Origin: an uncultured bacterium
Lineage (GTDB): Bacteria > Krumholzibacteriota > Krumholzibacteriia > Krumholzibacteriales > Krumholzibacteriaceae
DNA: 64,000 bases
NCBI GenBank assembly: GCA_963813815.1
Contig: CAWFAD010000007.1
Location: 192,001 to 256,000 of the forward strand
Reading direction: 5' to 3'
Shown: positions 48,301-57,943 of the stretch, piece after piece
Layout: the number at the start of each line of letters is the position of its first letter
Position numbering within the stretch: position 1 is the stretch's first letter
Translations under genes and position numbers: made by a program
Notes under the pieces: generated by a model
What the model saw: the letters and a program-made list of their open reading frames with translations, nothing else
Database searches by the model: none
What the model was told of the DNA's origin: nothing

Positions 48301-50294
48301 TGAGCGCCGATCTCGTGCTCTACACGCTCTTCCGGGATCTGGGGCTCGCCTCCAGCACGCGCTACTACTACGTGGTGACGGCGGTCGACTCGTGCGGCAA
48401 CGAAGGTCCCCCGAGCGCCGAGCGATGGGCGACGACCAATCCGCCGCAGCTCGCCGGCTGGCCGAACAAGGTGGACAAGGAAACGGCTTCCTCGGTCAAG
48501 ATAGGCGACATCAACGGCGACACGCACCCCGACGTCGTCGTCGGCTCGAACTACGTCTACGCGTGGCGCAGCGACGGCGTGGAGGTTCGCGACGGAGACG
48601 GCCAGCCGATCACGTGGGGCATCTTCAACACCCTCGGGAGCAACTTCACGGCCACGGTAGCGCTCGCGAACCTCGACGGCGCGCAGGGCCTCGAAATCAT
48701 CGGCGCCTCGTGGGACACGAAGCAGATCTACATTTTCAAGAAGGACGGGAGCGTGCTCGCCGGCTGGCCGAAGACGACGTCGTATCTGTGCTGGGCGAGC
48801 CCCGTCGTGGGGGATTTCGACGGCAACGGGGATCTCGAAATCTTCGCCTACGACGTCGGCGGGATCGTGTACGCGTGGCATCACGACGGAACCGAGGTCC
48901 GCGACGGCGACGGCAATCCGGCGACGAACGGCCCGTTCTTCGTCACGAAAAACCCGGGGACGTGGCACATTCCCACGCCGGCCTTCGCCGATATCGACGC
49001 GGACGGAGTCGGCGAGCTCGTGATCTGCTCGCCCTACGACAGCGTATACTGCTTGAACTACAACGGCAGCCGCGTGCCCGGCTGGCCGGTGAAGCTCGTG
49101 GACCAGAACGTCACGTCGAGCCCGGCCGTGGGCGACGTCGACGGCGACGGCCGCCTCGAGATCATGGTGACGGGCTCCGCGGGATGGGTCGACGGGCTGA
49201 ACCACGACGGCACCCTGATGACGGGCTGGCACAAGTGGGTCTATCTCAACACGAACACCATAGCCCCGTCCACCGCGCTCGCAGACCTCAACGACGACGG
49301 TCGGCTCGAGGTCATCGTCGCGGCGCTCGATTCCAAAGTCTACATCTGGAGCTACAACGGAGCGATCTACCCCGGATGGCCGCAGCCGTACGCGACGTCG
49401 GGCGCATCCGAGTCATCGCCGGTCGTCATCGACATAGACGGCGACGGAAGCCTCGACATCATTGCCGGTTCGGAAGAGGGGCGTCTCAGCGCCTGGAACC
49501 AGGCCGGCCAGTACATCGCGGGGTTCCCGATCCAGATCGGGAGCTTTCTGCGCGGGACCCCCGTGGCGGCCGATCTCGATTTCGACGGCGATATCGATCT
49601 CGCCACCTCCTGCTGGGACCAGAACGTCTACATCTGGGACGTGCCGGGAGCATGGTCGCCGGAGGCTCTCGCGTGGAACGGGTTCCGCTCCAACATCTAC
49701 AACAGCGGGCTGAAGGATTTTGCCGCCGCGACGGCGGTCGGCCAGATCGCGTGCGTCTACCGGTTCGCCGACGGGATGATCGAGCTCAATTGGTCGGTGC
49801 CGGCGGACGGCGTTTCGTGGAATCTGCTCCGCGAGGGAGGGGACGAGCCGTTCGAGATCATCGCCGAGGGGCTTCGTTCGGAGGCGGCAATGATCAGCTT
49901 CGTCGACGCCGCCGCCGAGCCGGGGATCGTCTACCGGTACCGGCTCGAGGCCGTTGACGACCTCGCCCTCTCCGCGACGACCGACGAGATCATGATTCCC
50001 GTCTCGCGCGCGCATCTCTACCAGAATCATCCGAACCCGTTCAACCCCTCGACGACGATGTCGTTCACGGTGCCCGGCGGGGTCGATTCCCGCAGCGCGG
50101 TGCACCTCGCCGTCTACGACGTGGCCGGGGCCCTCGTGAAGACGCTCGTGAGCGGCGCCCTCCCGGGCGGCCGGCACGAGGCGCGATGGGATGGATGCAA
50201 CGAGCGCGGACGAGAGGTTTCGAGCGGCATCTATTTCGCGAAGCTGCAGGCGGTGGGGGAGAGGTCCGTTCGCAAGCTCGTCCTGCTCCGCTGA
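45336..50294 (+). CDS. Secreted C25 (gingipain-family) cysteine peptidase with FN3, FG-GAP repeats and FlgD-Ig/T9SS-like C-terminal domain
   Basis: Signal peptide and propeptide; LLGGD..VIP, TDMYYACLDG, GRMP, HAGHG, NC; GDxDGDG repeats; QNHPNPFNPST...WDG...SSGIYF...KLVLLR. Confidence 0.88.
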   Translation: MRRLIPVILALSFFVAPAATAVSASTLSYTFALDPSGVSLIDDSPDGVKVAIEGYEPLEYFGYPSLPYRIVRVLLPQGESVSAFDLEVRDEIDVAPGGPLAVYRGRVRDDGATAGLAASDRDLRTEEGLYPKWRVRHLGTSRYRGYAVASFALYPVRCDLESGGLLVAREVRLTVETAGAAIAEEGADRRRFVEGFREESRREVERMVVNPEAAAGYLFDEIGVDPESPAFLPSYEPSMEGSEVAYLIVTNEEMAPAFQRLADWKTRKGIPAVVRTVEWIGANARTGADLAESVRNYIRDAYEKWGVEWVLLGGDTDVIPVRFAFMTFYTGELIPTDMYYACLDGTWNADADSLWGEAYQSVDEPGDACDLYAEVYLGRMPASSAAEASVLVNKTLNYETPAAVDYQRKTLLLGEVIFFDETTGEVLTDGAEIVESVYTLHLAGRSDVTTSRLYENYPAFPGSVPLTKEVAVDSLDAGTNHVLHAGHGYKYNMSVGDASILNYDASTLANGTKLFSMYLLNCTNLAFDTDCLAEYFLLNANGGAYAVTGATRSAFPSASRPYLDNYYHLLYGENVVQLGKVFTQSREPFTASAEGETADRWTHFIYNYLGDPESCMFQGAARTFAVTKPTSAVYGANDINISVRSGGFLVDSAYVCVYKPGDDYRFGAADNGMIAFNDFLVKSSGYIYFTVTGLNHCRYRDSIMVAAQTPAYLRFNRARVEDVVVGNGDDALDAGETADLEIELMNTGFTGATKLYAKIRSRDPLASVLDSTAVYPDIGPYQKAFGTDPFRIAVGSSSADGHALEFSLEVRDSTGGLWSERFAIEAHGPSLELFVNTVSDTLPYGDNDGVIEANESYLVRIGVKNFGTGEAYGLAGTLASSDPDVTIVDGTASYDPVQPFGTRLGQGFVIREKTVAESNYLTFTLTDAYGRAYSRRIELRRPGAPSTLVLNSGYGPYEMHATWRAPDGLDSYRYRVYRADASGGPYSAVSADLVLYTLFRDLGLASSTRYYYVVTAVDSCGNEGPPSAERWATTNPPQLAGWPNKVDKETASSVKIGDINGDTHPDVVVGSNYVYAWRSDGVEVRDGDGQPITWGIFNTLGSNFTATVALANLDGAQGLEIIGASWDTKQIYIFKKDGSVLAGWPKTTSYLCWASPVVGDFDGNGDLEIFAYDVGGIVYAWHHDGTEVRDGDGNPATNGPFFVTKNPGTWHIPTPAFADIDADGVGELVICSPYDSVYCLNYNGSRVPGWPVKLVDQNVTSSPAVGDVDGDGRLEIMVTGSAGWVDGLNHDGTLMTGWHKWVYLNTNTIAPSTALADLNDDGRLEVIVAALDSKVYIWSYNGAIYPGWPQPYATSGASESSPVVIDIDGDGSLDIIAGSEEGRLSAWNQAGQYIAGFPIQIGSFLRGTPVAADLDFDGDIDLATSCWDQNVYIWDVPGAWSPEALAWNGFRSNIYNSGLKDFAAATAVGQIACVYRFADGMIELNWSVPADGVSWNLLREGGDEPFEIIAEGLRSEAAMISFVDAAAEPGIVYRYRLEAVDDLALSATTDEIMIPVSRAHLYQNHPNPFNPSTTMSFTVPGGVDSRSAVHLAVYDVAGALVKTLVSGALPGGRHEARWDGCNERGREVSSGIYFAKLQAVGERSVRKLVLLR

Positions 50295-50333
50295 CGCGAG
50301 CGGCGGGCCGGGATCGAGCGAGACCGGCGAAGG

Positions 50334-50756
50334 CTATTTCGCGCGCCGCGCGTTTCGAACGCGCGCGGCGCGCTTTTTGTTTCGCGCCCCTCGCGTGTGG
50401 CGCTCGAGCTCCTCGTACGACCGGAAGTGCAGATCGAAGTCGTACTCCTGGTCGAACTCGCAATCTCCCGCGTCGTGCTCGCGGCAGATGCGGGGGCGCG
50501 TCGGATAGATGAGACAGCCGCGCGGGGGATCGTAGAAGCGGCACGGCGTTTTCACCAGAACGTGCCAGCTCCGGCCCTTGGTGTAGATCTCCACGTTTCG
50601 ATGCGCGATGATCCAGAGCAAATCGTCGAAATCGGACGGAGTTTCCGGTTTGTCGATCTCCGTCGAGAAATACATGCAGCATTTGGCCGGAACGCACCTC
50701 GGACAGGCCGGTTTGCTCTCCGCCGGACCGCGAGCGGCCTTTTTGCTTTGCTTCAT
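50334..50756 (-). CDS. YkgJ-family cysteine-cluster protein
   Basis: CPRCVPAKCC...CRFY...CLIYPTRPRICREH. Confidence 0.85.
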   Translation of the reverse strand: MKQSKKAARGPAESKPACPRCVPAKCCMYFSTEIDKPETPSDFDDLLWIIAHRNVEIYTKGRSWHVLVKTPCRFYDPPRGCLIYPTRPRICREHDAGDCEFDQEYDFDLHFRSYEELERHTRGARNKKRAARVRNARRAK

Positions 50757-50856
50757 GGTGGTCGCCGAGCTCCCTTCCCCCGCAGACATCGATACCGTCC
50801 AAGCCCATGGCAGGCGCCGGCTAACACGGCCGGACAGACCGGCGGGGTGAAGGGCA

Positions 50857-50885
50857 TTGACACCCCCCGGCGCATATTGTATGGT
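50857..50885 (+). promoter_or_regulatory. sigma70-type promoter of the acd-etf operon
   Basis: TTGACA-N17-TATGGT. Confidence 0.55.
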
Positions 50886-50985
50886 ATGGTTTTATCGCAA
50901 GTTTTCGGAGAAAGCGCAATTAAGAATTGCCCGTCGGGCGTTTTCGCCGGTTCGGCCGCCGCACGGGGAGCCGCGAGGAGCGCAG

Positions 50986-52149
50986 ATGCAATACCCGCTG
51001 AACGAGCAGGAACGGATGATTCAGGCGACCGCGCGGGATTTCGCGCGGAATGAGCTCGCCCCCGTCGCCCTCGAGGCGAACGAGAAGGGATTCTTCCCCG
51101 CGGAGATCTACCGGAAGCTCGCCGACCTCGGATTCCTCGGCGTCACGATGCCCGAGGAGTACGGCGGGGTCAATCTCGACACCATGAGCCTCATGCTCGT
51201 GCTCGAGGAGATCGCGGCCGTCTGCGCGTCGACCGCCGTGACGCTCTCGGTGCACAACTCGCTCACCAACTGGTGCATCCTGAAGTACGGAACCGAGGAG
51301 GCGAGGGCGCGATACCTTCCCCGCCTCGCCGCGGGCGAGATCCTCGGCGCGTACGCGATCACCGAGTCGGAGGCGGGGAGCGACGTCGCCGCCATGCGCA
51401 TGACGGCCGTCAAGAAGGGGAACGAATACATACTGAACGGCGCCAAGATTTTCATCTCGACGGGGGACCGCGCGGGCGCCGTCATCGTTTTCGCGCGCAC
51501 GGATCCGCGGGAGCGCACGAAGGGGATCAGCGCGTTCGTCGTCGACCCTTCGTCCCGCGGCTTCTCGATCGGCAAGGTCGAGAAGAAGCTCGGCCTGCGC
51601 GCGTCGAGCACGGTCGAGCTCGTTTTCGAGGATTGCCCGGTCCCGGCCGGAAACCTTCTCGGCGGCGAGGGGCAGGGAATGAAGATCGCGCTGGCCGGCC
51701 TCGATGGCGGCCGGATCGGCATCGCCGCGCAGTCGGTCGGCATCGCCCAGGCGGCGCTCGACGAGGGGATCCGGTACGCCCGGGAGCGAAGGCAGTTCGG
51801 CTCGCGCATCGTCGATTTCCAGTCGACCCGCTGGAATATCGCCGATCGGGCGACGGACATAGAGGCGGCGCGGCTTCTCGTCTACCGCGCGGCGAAGCTG
51901 CGCGACGCCGGCGAGCCGTACACGAAGGAAGCCGCCATGGCCAAGCTCTTCGCGAGCCGCGCGGCCAACAGGGTCGCCTACGACGCCCTCCAGATGCACG
52001 GGGGCGTGGGATACACTCAGGAGTTCATCATCGAGCGGCTCTTCCGGGACGCTCGCGTGACCGAGCTCTACGAGGGAACGAGCGAAATTCAGCGGCTCGT
52101 CATCTCGCGGGCGGTCATCGAGGAGTTCGAGCGGACGATTCCGGAATGA
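50986..52149 (+). CDS. Acyl-CoA dehydrogenase (short/branched-chain type)
   Basis: AITE..AGSD, NGAKIFIS, GGRIGIAAQSVG, QMHGG.GY, YEGTSEIQR. Confidence 0.93.
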   Translation: MQYPLNEQERMIQATARDFARNELAPVALEANEKGFFPAEIYRKLADLGFLGVTMPEEYGGVNLDTMSLMLVLEEIAAVCASTAVTLSVHNSLTNWCILKYGTEEARARYLPRLAAGEILGAYAITESEAGSDVAAMRMTAVKKGNEYILNGAKIFISTGDRAGAVIVFARTDPRERTKGISAFVVDPSSRGFSIGKVEKKLGLRASSTVELVFEDCPVPAGNLLGGEGQGMKIALAGLDGGRIGIAAQSVGIAQAALDEGIRYARERRQFGSRIVDFQSTRWNIADRATDIEAARLLVYRAAKLRDAGEPYTKEAAMAKLFASRAANRVAYDALQMHGGVGYTQEFIIERLFRDARVTELYEGTSEIQRLVISRAVIEEFERTIPE

Positions 52150-52176
52150 TGCGGCGGACGCCGAAAGGAGGGGCAG

Positions 52177-52965
52177 TTGAAGATCATCGCGCTCATGAAG
52201 AGGGTGCCCGATACGGAGGCGAGGATCCTCATCAACCAAGAGGGAACCGGCATCAAGGATGAGGGGATCAAGTACGTCATCAGCACCTACGACGAGTACG
52301 GCATCGAGCAGGCGCTGCGGGTCAAGGAAAAGACCGGCGGCGCGGGCACGGTGACGGCCGTCTGCGCCGGACCGGAGGAAGCGACGGAGCTCATCCGTAC
52401 GGCGCTCGCGATGGGCGCCGACGACGCGGTGCACATCTGCGATCCGGCGCTCGCCGGCGGCGACCCGTTTCTCACGGCCGCCGCGCTCGCCGCGGCCCTC
52501 AAGGGCGGCGGCTACGACATCATATTCTGCGGCAAGCAAGCGATCGACGACGACATGGGACAGGTCCACTCCATTCTCGCCGAGATGCTCGATATACCGC
52601 AGGTCAACGTCGTGGCCGGGTTCGAGCTTTCCTCCGACGGCCGCCGCGCGACGCTGCGGCGCCGCATCGAGGGAGGGGACGAGAAGATCGAAACGAGCCT
52701 TCCCGCGATCATATCGTGCGAAAAGGGGCTCAACGAGCCCCGGTACGCCTCTCTCCCCGGCATCATGAAGGCGAAGAAGAAGGAGATTCGCAAGAAAACG
52801 CTCGCCGATCTCGGCATGAGCGCCTCGGGGGACTCCCGCAGCGCCGTCGTGCGCTGGACGGCCCCCCCGAAGAGCTCGGGATGCCGGATGGTGCAGGCCG
52901 AGGAGATGCGAGCCGCGGTGCGCGAGCTCGTGAAGCTGCTCCGCGAAGAAGCGAAGGTCATCTAG
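52177..52965 (+). CDS. etfB: Electron transfer flavoprotein beta subunit
   Basis: K.VPD, ALAMGAD, GKQAIDDD.GQV, NEPRYASL.GIMKAKKK. Confidence 0.95.
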   Translation: MKIIALMKRVPDTEARILINQEGTGIKDEGIKYVISTYDEYGIEQALRVKEKTGGAGTVTAVCAGPEEATELIRTALAMGADDAVHICDPALAGGDPFLTAAALAAALKGGGYDIIFCGKQAIDDDMGQVHSILAEMLDIPQVNVVAGFELSSDGRRATLRRRIEGGDEKIETSLPAIISCEKGLNEPRYASLPGIMKAKKKEIRKKTLADLGMSASGDSRSAVVRWTAPPKSSGCRMVQAEEMRAAVRELVKLLREEAKVI

Positions 52966-52990
52966 CAGGGCGATACGGAGGAGAAGATCG

Positions 52991-53974
52991 ATGGCGAACG
53001 ACATCCTGATATTCGGCGAGGTCCGCGGCGGTGCCCTCAAGAAGGTCACGAAGGAGCTCATCACCGCGGCGCGCCGCATTTCGAAGGAGAGCGGGGGAGC
53101 GGTGGACGCCGTGCTCATCGGCAAGGGGGCCCGGGCGGCGGCGGAGGGGATCGCGGGATACGGTCTGCGGGAGATCACGGTTTGCGAAAACGAGACGCTC
53201 GCGAGCTACTCCACGGAAGGGTACGCGGCGGCGCTCGCCGATCTCGTGAAGCGCGCGAAACCCTCGTACGTGCTGCTCGGCGCGACGGCGATGGGCCGCG
53301 ATCTCGCCGCGCGGACGGCCGCGAAGGTGGACGGCGTCATGTTCAGCGACTGCGTCGACCTCCGCATGGAAGACGGCGCGTGCGTCGCCCGCCGACCCGT
53401 GTACGCGGGCAGGGTCTACGTCGACCTCGTGCGCCGCGGCGAGCGGACGACCTTCATCACGATCCGCCCGAACAACGTTCCCCCGGCCGATCCGTCCGGA
53501 GCTCTCACGCCGATCGTGGCGAGCGAGGCCCGCGTCGCCCGCGAGGCCATCCGCGCGATCGTCTCCGAGTTCATCGCGCTCGAGGGAGGGCGTCCCGATC
53601 TGACGGAGGCGGACGTGATCGTTTCGGGCGGCCGCGCGCTGAAGGAAAAGGCGAACTTCAAGATTCTCGAGGATCTCGCCGACGTGCTCGGCGCGGCGGT
53701 CGGCGCGTCCCGCGCCGCGGTCGACTCGGGATTCGCCTCCGCGGCCATCCAGGTCGGTCAGACCGGCAAGATCGTCAATCCGAAGCTCTACATCGCGTGC
53801 GGCATCTCGGGCGCGATCCAGCACCTCGCCGGCATGCGGACCTCGAAGGTGATCGTCGCGATCAACAAGGATCCGAACGCCCCGATCTTCGAGCGGGCGA
53901 CGTACGGAATCGTGGGCGACCTCTTCGAGGTCGTACCGATGCTCACCGAGGAAATTCGGAAGGCTCTTGCCTAG
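52991..53974 (+). CDS. etfA: Electron transfer flavoprotein alpha subunit
   Basis: [42 protein letters not shown]. Confidence 0.95.
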   Translation: MANDILIFGEVRGGALKKVTKELITAARRISKESGGAVDAVLIGKGARAAAEGIAGYGLREITVCENETLASYSTEGYAAALADLVKRAKPSYVLLGATAMGRDLAARTAAKVDGVMFSDCVDLRMEDGACVARRPVYAGRVYVDLVRRGERTTFITIRPNNVPPADPSGALTPIVASEARVAREAIRAIVSEFIALEGGRPDLTEADVIVSGGRALKEKANFKILEDLADVLGAAVGASRAAVDSGFASAAIQVGQTGKIVNPKLYIACGISGAIQHLAGMRTSKVIVAINKDPNAPIFERATYGIVGDLFEVVPMLTEEIRKALA

Positions 53975-53986
53975 GGGGAGGAGCGG

Positions 53987-55969
53987 ATGACGGCGGGCGG
54001 AATCGTTCTGCTGGCGCTGTTCGTGGCGGCGTTCACGGCCTTCGGTTTCATCGCGCGGTTTCTCTACCGCGTTCTCGAGACGGGAAGGCCCGAGAACCGC
54101 TTCAACCGGTGGCGCGACCGCGTCTGGGCGGTCGTTCTGTACGTCGGCGCGCAGCTGCGCGTGCTCGCGCAGCCGGCGGGCCTCGGACACTTCGCCATTT
54201 TCTGGGGCTTCGTCTTCATCTCGATCGGCACCCTCGATCACATGCTCGCGCAGATGTTCCCCGGCTTTACGCTCGACCGGCTCGTCGGCAGAACGGCCGG
54301 CTCGGCGCTCCTCTTTCTCCAGGACGTCTTCGGGCTCCTCGTGCTCGCGGCGCTCGCCGTCGCGGCGGTGCGCCGCTTCGTCCTGAAGCCGGAACGGCTC
54401 AAGATCGACGACCCGAAGATCCCGATGCAGGCGGGGCTCATCATCGCGCTCATCTCGGCGCTCATCCTGCTCATGTACGGCGTGCGCGGCTCGGAGATCC
54501 TCATGGGTTCGGAGCGCGTCACCGCCGCGAACGCCCCCGTCTCGACCGCCGTCGCGGCGGCCATGGGGGGATGGGGAATGAACCTTCCCATCGCCTACGG
54601 CGTTCTCTCGTGGCTTCACAATCTCATCATCTTTTTCTTTCTCCTCTACCTTCCGTTCTCGAAGCACATCCACATCCTCGGGGCGATCCCGAACGTCTTC
54701 TTCAGGAACCTGGGACCCTCGGGGACGCTCGGGCGCATGAACTTCGAGGACGAATCGGCCGAAAAGTTCGGCGTTTCCGAGCTGCCCGACTACACGTGGA
54801 AGCAGCTCCTCGATCTCTACGCCTGCACGGAGTGCGGACGCTGCCAGGTCGCCTGCCCCGCGTACCGCACCGGAAAGCCGCTCTCCCCGTACCGCGTCGT
54901 CCATCGGCTGCGCTCGCAGCTCATGAGGGATAAGGGCCCGCTGCTCTCGTCCGGTGACGCCGCGCTCCGGAAGGCTCCGATCATCCCCGGCACCGTCGCC
55001 GAGGACGAGATATGGTCGTGCACGACGTGCGGCGCGTGCATGCAGGAGTGTCCGCCGTTCATCGAGCACGTGCAGAAGCTCGTCGATCTCAGGCGGTTTC
55101 TCGTCATGACGGAGAGCCGCTTCCCCGCGGAGATGCAGCCCGTCTTCAGGAACATGGAGACCAACTACAACCCGTGGGCGATCGGCTACTCGTCGCGGGC
55201 CGAGTGGGCCGAGGGTCTCGACGTGCCGCTCGCCTCGGCGAAGGGGAGCTTCGACGTGCTCCTCTGGGTCGGCTGCGCGGGGTCGTACGACGCGCGGGGG
55301 CAGAAGGTCTCGCGCGCCCTCGCGGCGCTGCTCGCCAGAGCGGGGGTCGATTTCGCGATCCTCGGCGCGGAGGAAAAGTGCTGCGGCGAGACCGCCCGGC
55401 GCATGGGGAACGAATATCTCGCCGAGACGCTCATCCAGGCGAACATCGAGACGCTGAAGAAGTACCGGTTCAAGACGATCGTCACGGCGTGCCCGCACGG
55501 GTACAACTCACTTCGCGCCGAGTACCCGCAGTTCGGGCTCTCGGTTCCGGTGAAGCACCACTCAGAGCTGCTGCTCGAGCTCGTCGCCGCCGGAAAGCTC
55601 TCGCCCCGGCGCGACGGGCGGCGCCGAGGGGCGTTCCACGACTCGTGCTACCTGGGGCGGTACAACGGGCTGACTCGCGAGCCGAGGCGCGTGCTTTCGA
55701 AGGCGGCGGAGATCGTGGAGTTCGCCCGCCGCGGCAAGCGCAGCTTCTGCTGCGGCGCGGGAGGCGGCAGGATGTGGATGGAGGAGCATCTCGGCACCCG
55801 GATCAACGAGGAGCGCACGAGAGAGCTTCTCGGCCTCGGCGTCGACCGCGTGTTCACCGCGTGCCCCTTCTGCCTGACCATGTTCGAGGACGGGTTGAAG
55901 AGTCTCGGCCGGGAGGATATCAAGGCATACGACATCGCCGAGGCGCTCCTCGAAGCCTGCGGCGATTGA
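53987..55969 (+). CDS. Membrane-bound Fe-S oxidoreductase (FadF / ETF:menaquinone oxidoreductase-like; TM + 2x4Fe-4S + 2 CCG domains)
   Basis: TM N-terminus with His residues; CTECGRC..ACP, CTTCGAC..ECP, KCCG, HDSCYLGR, FCCGAGGG, ACPFC. Confidence 0.88.
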   Translation: MTAGGIVLLALFVAAFTAFGFIARFLYRVLETGRPENRFNRWRDRVWAVVLYVGAQLRVLAQPAGLGHFAIFWGFVFISIGTLDHMLAQMFPGFTLDRLVGRTAGSALLFLQDVFGLLVLAALAVAAVRRFVLKPERLKIDDPKIPMQAGLIIALISALILLMYGVRGSEILMGSERVTAANAPVSTAVAAAMGGWGMNLPIAYGVLSWLHNLIIFFFLLYLPFSKHIHILGAIPNVFFRNLGPSGTLGRMNFEDESAEKFGVSELPDYTWKQLLDLYACTECGRCQVACPAYRTGKPLSPYRVVHRLRSQLMRDKGPLLSSGDAALRKAPIIPGTVAEDEIWSCTTCGACMQECPPFIEHVQKLVDLRRFLVMTESRFPAEMQPVFRNMETNYNPWAIGYSSRAEWAEGLDVPLASAKGSFDVLLWVGCAGSYDARGQKVSRALAALLARAGVDFAILGAEEKCCGETARRMGNEYLAETLIQANIETLKKYRFKTIVTACPHGYNSLRAEYPQFGLSVPVKHHSELLLELVAAGKLSPRRDGRRRGAFHDSCYLGRYNGLTREPRRVLSKAAEIVEFARRGKRSFCCGAGGGRMWMEEHLGTRINEERTRELLGLGVDRVFTACPFCLTMFEDGLKSLGREDIKAYDIAEALLEACGD

Positions 55970-56005
55970 ACGGGCCGCGCGGGAAATCCCGATCGCCCGG
56001 GAAAA

Positions 56006-56041
56006 CGAAAGAGCCGCGTCCACTCGAACGCGGCTCTTTCG
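56006..56041. terminator. Likely bidirectional terminator between convergent genes
   Basis: Perfect 14-bp inverted repeat CGAAAGAGCCGCGT / ACGCGGCTCTTTCG. Confidence 0.75.
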
Positions 56042-56063
56042 CCGTCTCTGTCAAAAGGCCCTA

Positions 56064-56252
56064 TCATTCCCTCCAGGTGATCGCCTCGACCGGGCAGTTT
56101 TCGATGGCGTCCTGCACGGTATCTTCGCTCCAGTCCGTCGTGTCCCTCACCGTTGCCACGTCCCCCGCCATTTCGAACGCTTCGGGAGCGGTTTCGGTGC
56201 ACAGCTCGCAGCCGGTGCAGAGATCGGGATCGATATACGGCGTTTTTTGCAT
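56064..56252 (-). CDS. Monocluster ferredoxin
   Basis: CTGCELC...AP..F...CPVEAI, 62 aa; AGGAG RBS. Confidence 0.92.
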   Translation of the reverse strand: MQKTPYIDPDLCTGCELCTETAPEAFEMAGDVATVRDTTDWSEDTVQDAIENCPVEAITWRE

Positions 56253-56339
56253 TGTTACACTCCTTTTCGCTGAGAACCTTCCCCTAATTAACAGCCGAAC
56301 CCGCCGGTGTCAAGATTTTTTTCTCCCGAGCGGCGCGCG

Positions 56340-57605
56340 TCAGAAGCGCCACGTGAGATCGACGGATACGAGGGTGATGGAGAAGTCGTCTTCACGCCTG
56401 GAATGGGTCTCCGGCTCGTGATTGAGAAAGAGGTTAATGGAGAAATTCCTTGCGAACGTTACACTTCCCATGACCGACATGCGGTTTACGACGAAATCGG
56501 AGTAGAGTAAATTCTCCGGCTCCGTATAGTCTCGGTAGCCGGGCTCGTAAGAGGCGGTGACCCAGTAGCGCTCGCCCCCGAAGGCGTCGACGCCGAGAAT
56601 GACGGATACCTCCCGGTAGCGCTCTTCGGCGAAATCGCGGCAGAGCATCTGGCCGTACCGCGGTTCCATGAAAAGGGTCGCGGCCCCGCCGGCAGGAAGA
56701 CTCACGCGAAGCCCCCCTCGAAGGAACTGGCTGTTGAAATAAGCGTTATCGGGGCGGTCGTACAGCAGCAGGTCGGTCTCCGCCCTGATCGAAACGATGC
56801 GCCCGCCGGCCTCCCCCAAGGCGGCCTCGAAGTTCGACAAGATGCTCCAGCGATCGCTCCGCGCGTCCCCGCGGTAATCGCGCCTGTCAGCGAAGAGCCC
56901 AGCGTGCACGGACAGGTTCCCCGCGGCCCCGTGCGTCTCGAGCTCAGCGACGATCCTGTCGAAGCCGAGGGCGGTCGTGTCGGGCGCCTCGCGCCTGCCG
57001 AAGCTGCCCGAGAGGAGGATCATGTTGGCGTAATCCGAGCCCGCTTCGATCTCGAGCCCCGCGTCGCGGTAGGTATAGTCGTAGTCGAACAGGGTTCGCT
57101 CCTCGAAATCGACGAGCTCGAACCGCGCCCGCGCTCCCGCGCGGAAGCCGTCCGAGAAGCGCCTGCGCACCTTGACGAAGGCGTTTCCCTGCAGATAGTC
57201 GTTCGCCGCCGCGTAGTTGCTCCCCTCGCGAAAATGTTTGTACCGGAAGTTTCCCCGCAGGTCGACCCGCCACGAGCCGCCGGGATTCGCCGTGGCGTCG
57301 AGATCGACCGCTTCGTCGATCGTCTGGTTTCCGTATCGCAGGAGATTCGCGACGCCGAGCCTCGAGGCGCCCTTCGTGAGCGTCAGGGCGTCGGCGAGCC
57401 CCGCGTAGAAATCGTGCACCGTTTCCGCCGTGTCGTCGTCGAGGATCGTGAACCGGTCGATGAAGGAGTCGTATCCGAGGGAGAGGCGGTTCGAGAATTC
57501 GGCACGGAGCGGCTCGGCCGCGAGACCCGAGGCCCAGCCGGCGACGAACACGGACGCCGCGGCGATTGCTCGCGCCGCGCGTATGGCCCCGCTCCGTTTC
57601 TTCAC
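56340..57605 (-). CDS. Hypothetical outer-membrane beta-barrel protein
   Basis: Signal peptide, alternating amphipathic strands, terminal aromatic motif DLTWRF. Confidence 0.65.
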   Translation of the reverse strand: MKKRSGAIRAARAIAAASVFVAGWASGLAAEPLRAEFSNRLSLGYDSFIDRFTILDDDTAETVHDFYAGLADALTLTKGASRLGVANLLRYGNQTIDEAVDLDATANPGGSWRVDLRGNFRYKHFREGSNYAAANDYLQGNAFVKVRRRFSDGFRAGARARFELVDFEERTLFDYDYTYRDAGLEIEAGSDYANMILLSGSFGRREAPDTTALGFDRIVAELETHGAAGNLSVHAGLFADRRDYRGDARSDRWSILSNFEAALGEAGGRIVSIRAETDLLLYDRPDNAYFNSQFLRGGLRVSLPAGGAATLFMEPRYGQMLCRDFAEERYREVSVILGVDAFGGERYWVTASYEPGYRDYTEPENLLYSDFVVNRMSVMGSVTFARNFSINLFLNHEPETHSRREDDFSITLVSVDLTWRF

Positions 57606-57943
57606 CTGTTTCGCCTCAGGAGCGTCGATGCTTCGTCGAGCAGACGAATCGCGACGAGCGTTTTTCCGTACAGGTACATTTCCTCCGCGGCAGCGACGAG
57701 GGAGCGCGCCTCGAGGGCGTCGGTGTCGAGCTGCGGATCCGCGCTCGCGCGCGCGGCGAGCGTCGCGGCGAGCGTCGCGTATTTTTCAGCGAAGAGATCG
57801 TCGATGGCGGCCGCCCCGAGCGAGTCGGCGGCGAGGCTGTCGGGAGCGGGGGGGGGCGGAGGGGCAGCGGGTCTCCCGGACGCGCACGACATGAGCATGA
57901 GCGCCGCGAGGCTCGCCGTGGCGAGAGCGATCAACGCGCGCAT
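57602..57943 (-). CDS. Hypothetical small helical lipoprotein
   Basis: Lipobox LMSC, Pro linker; overlaps both neighbouring genes. Confidence 0.6.
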   Translation of the reverse strand: MRALIALATASLAALMLMSCASGRPAAPPPPPAPDSLAADSLGAAAIDDLFAEKYATLAATLAARASADPQLDTDALEARSLVAAAEEMYLYGKTLVAIRLLDEASTLLRRNR

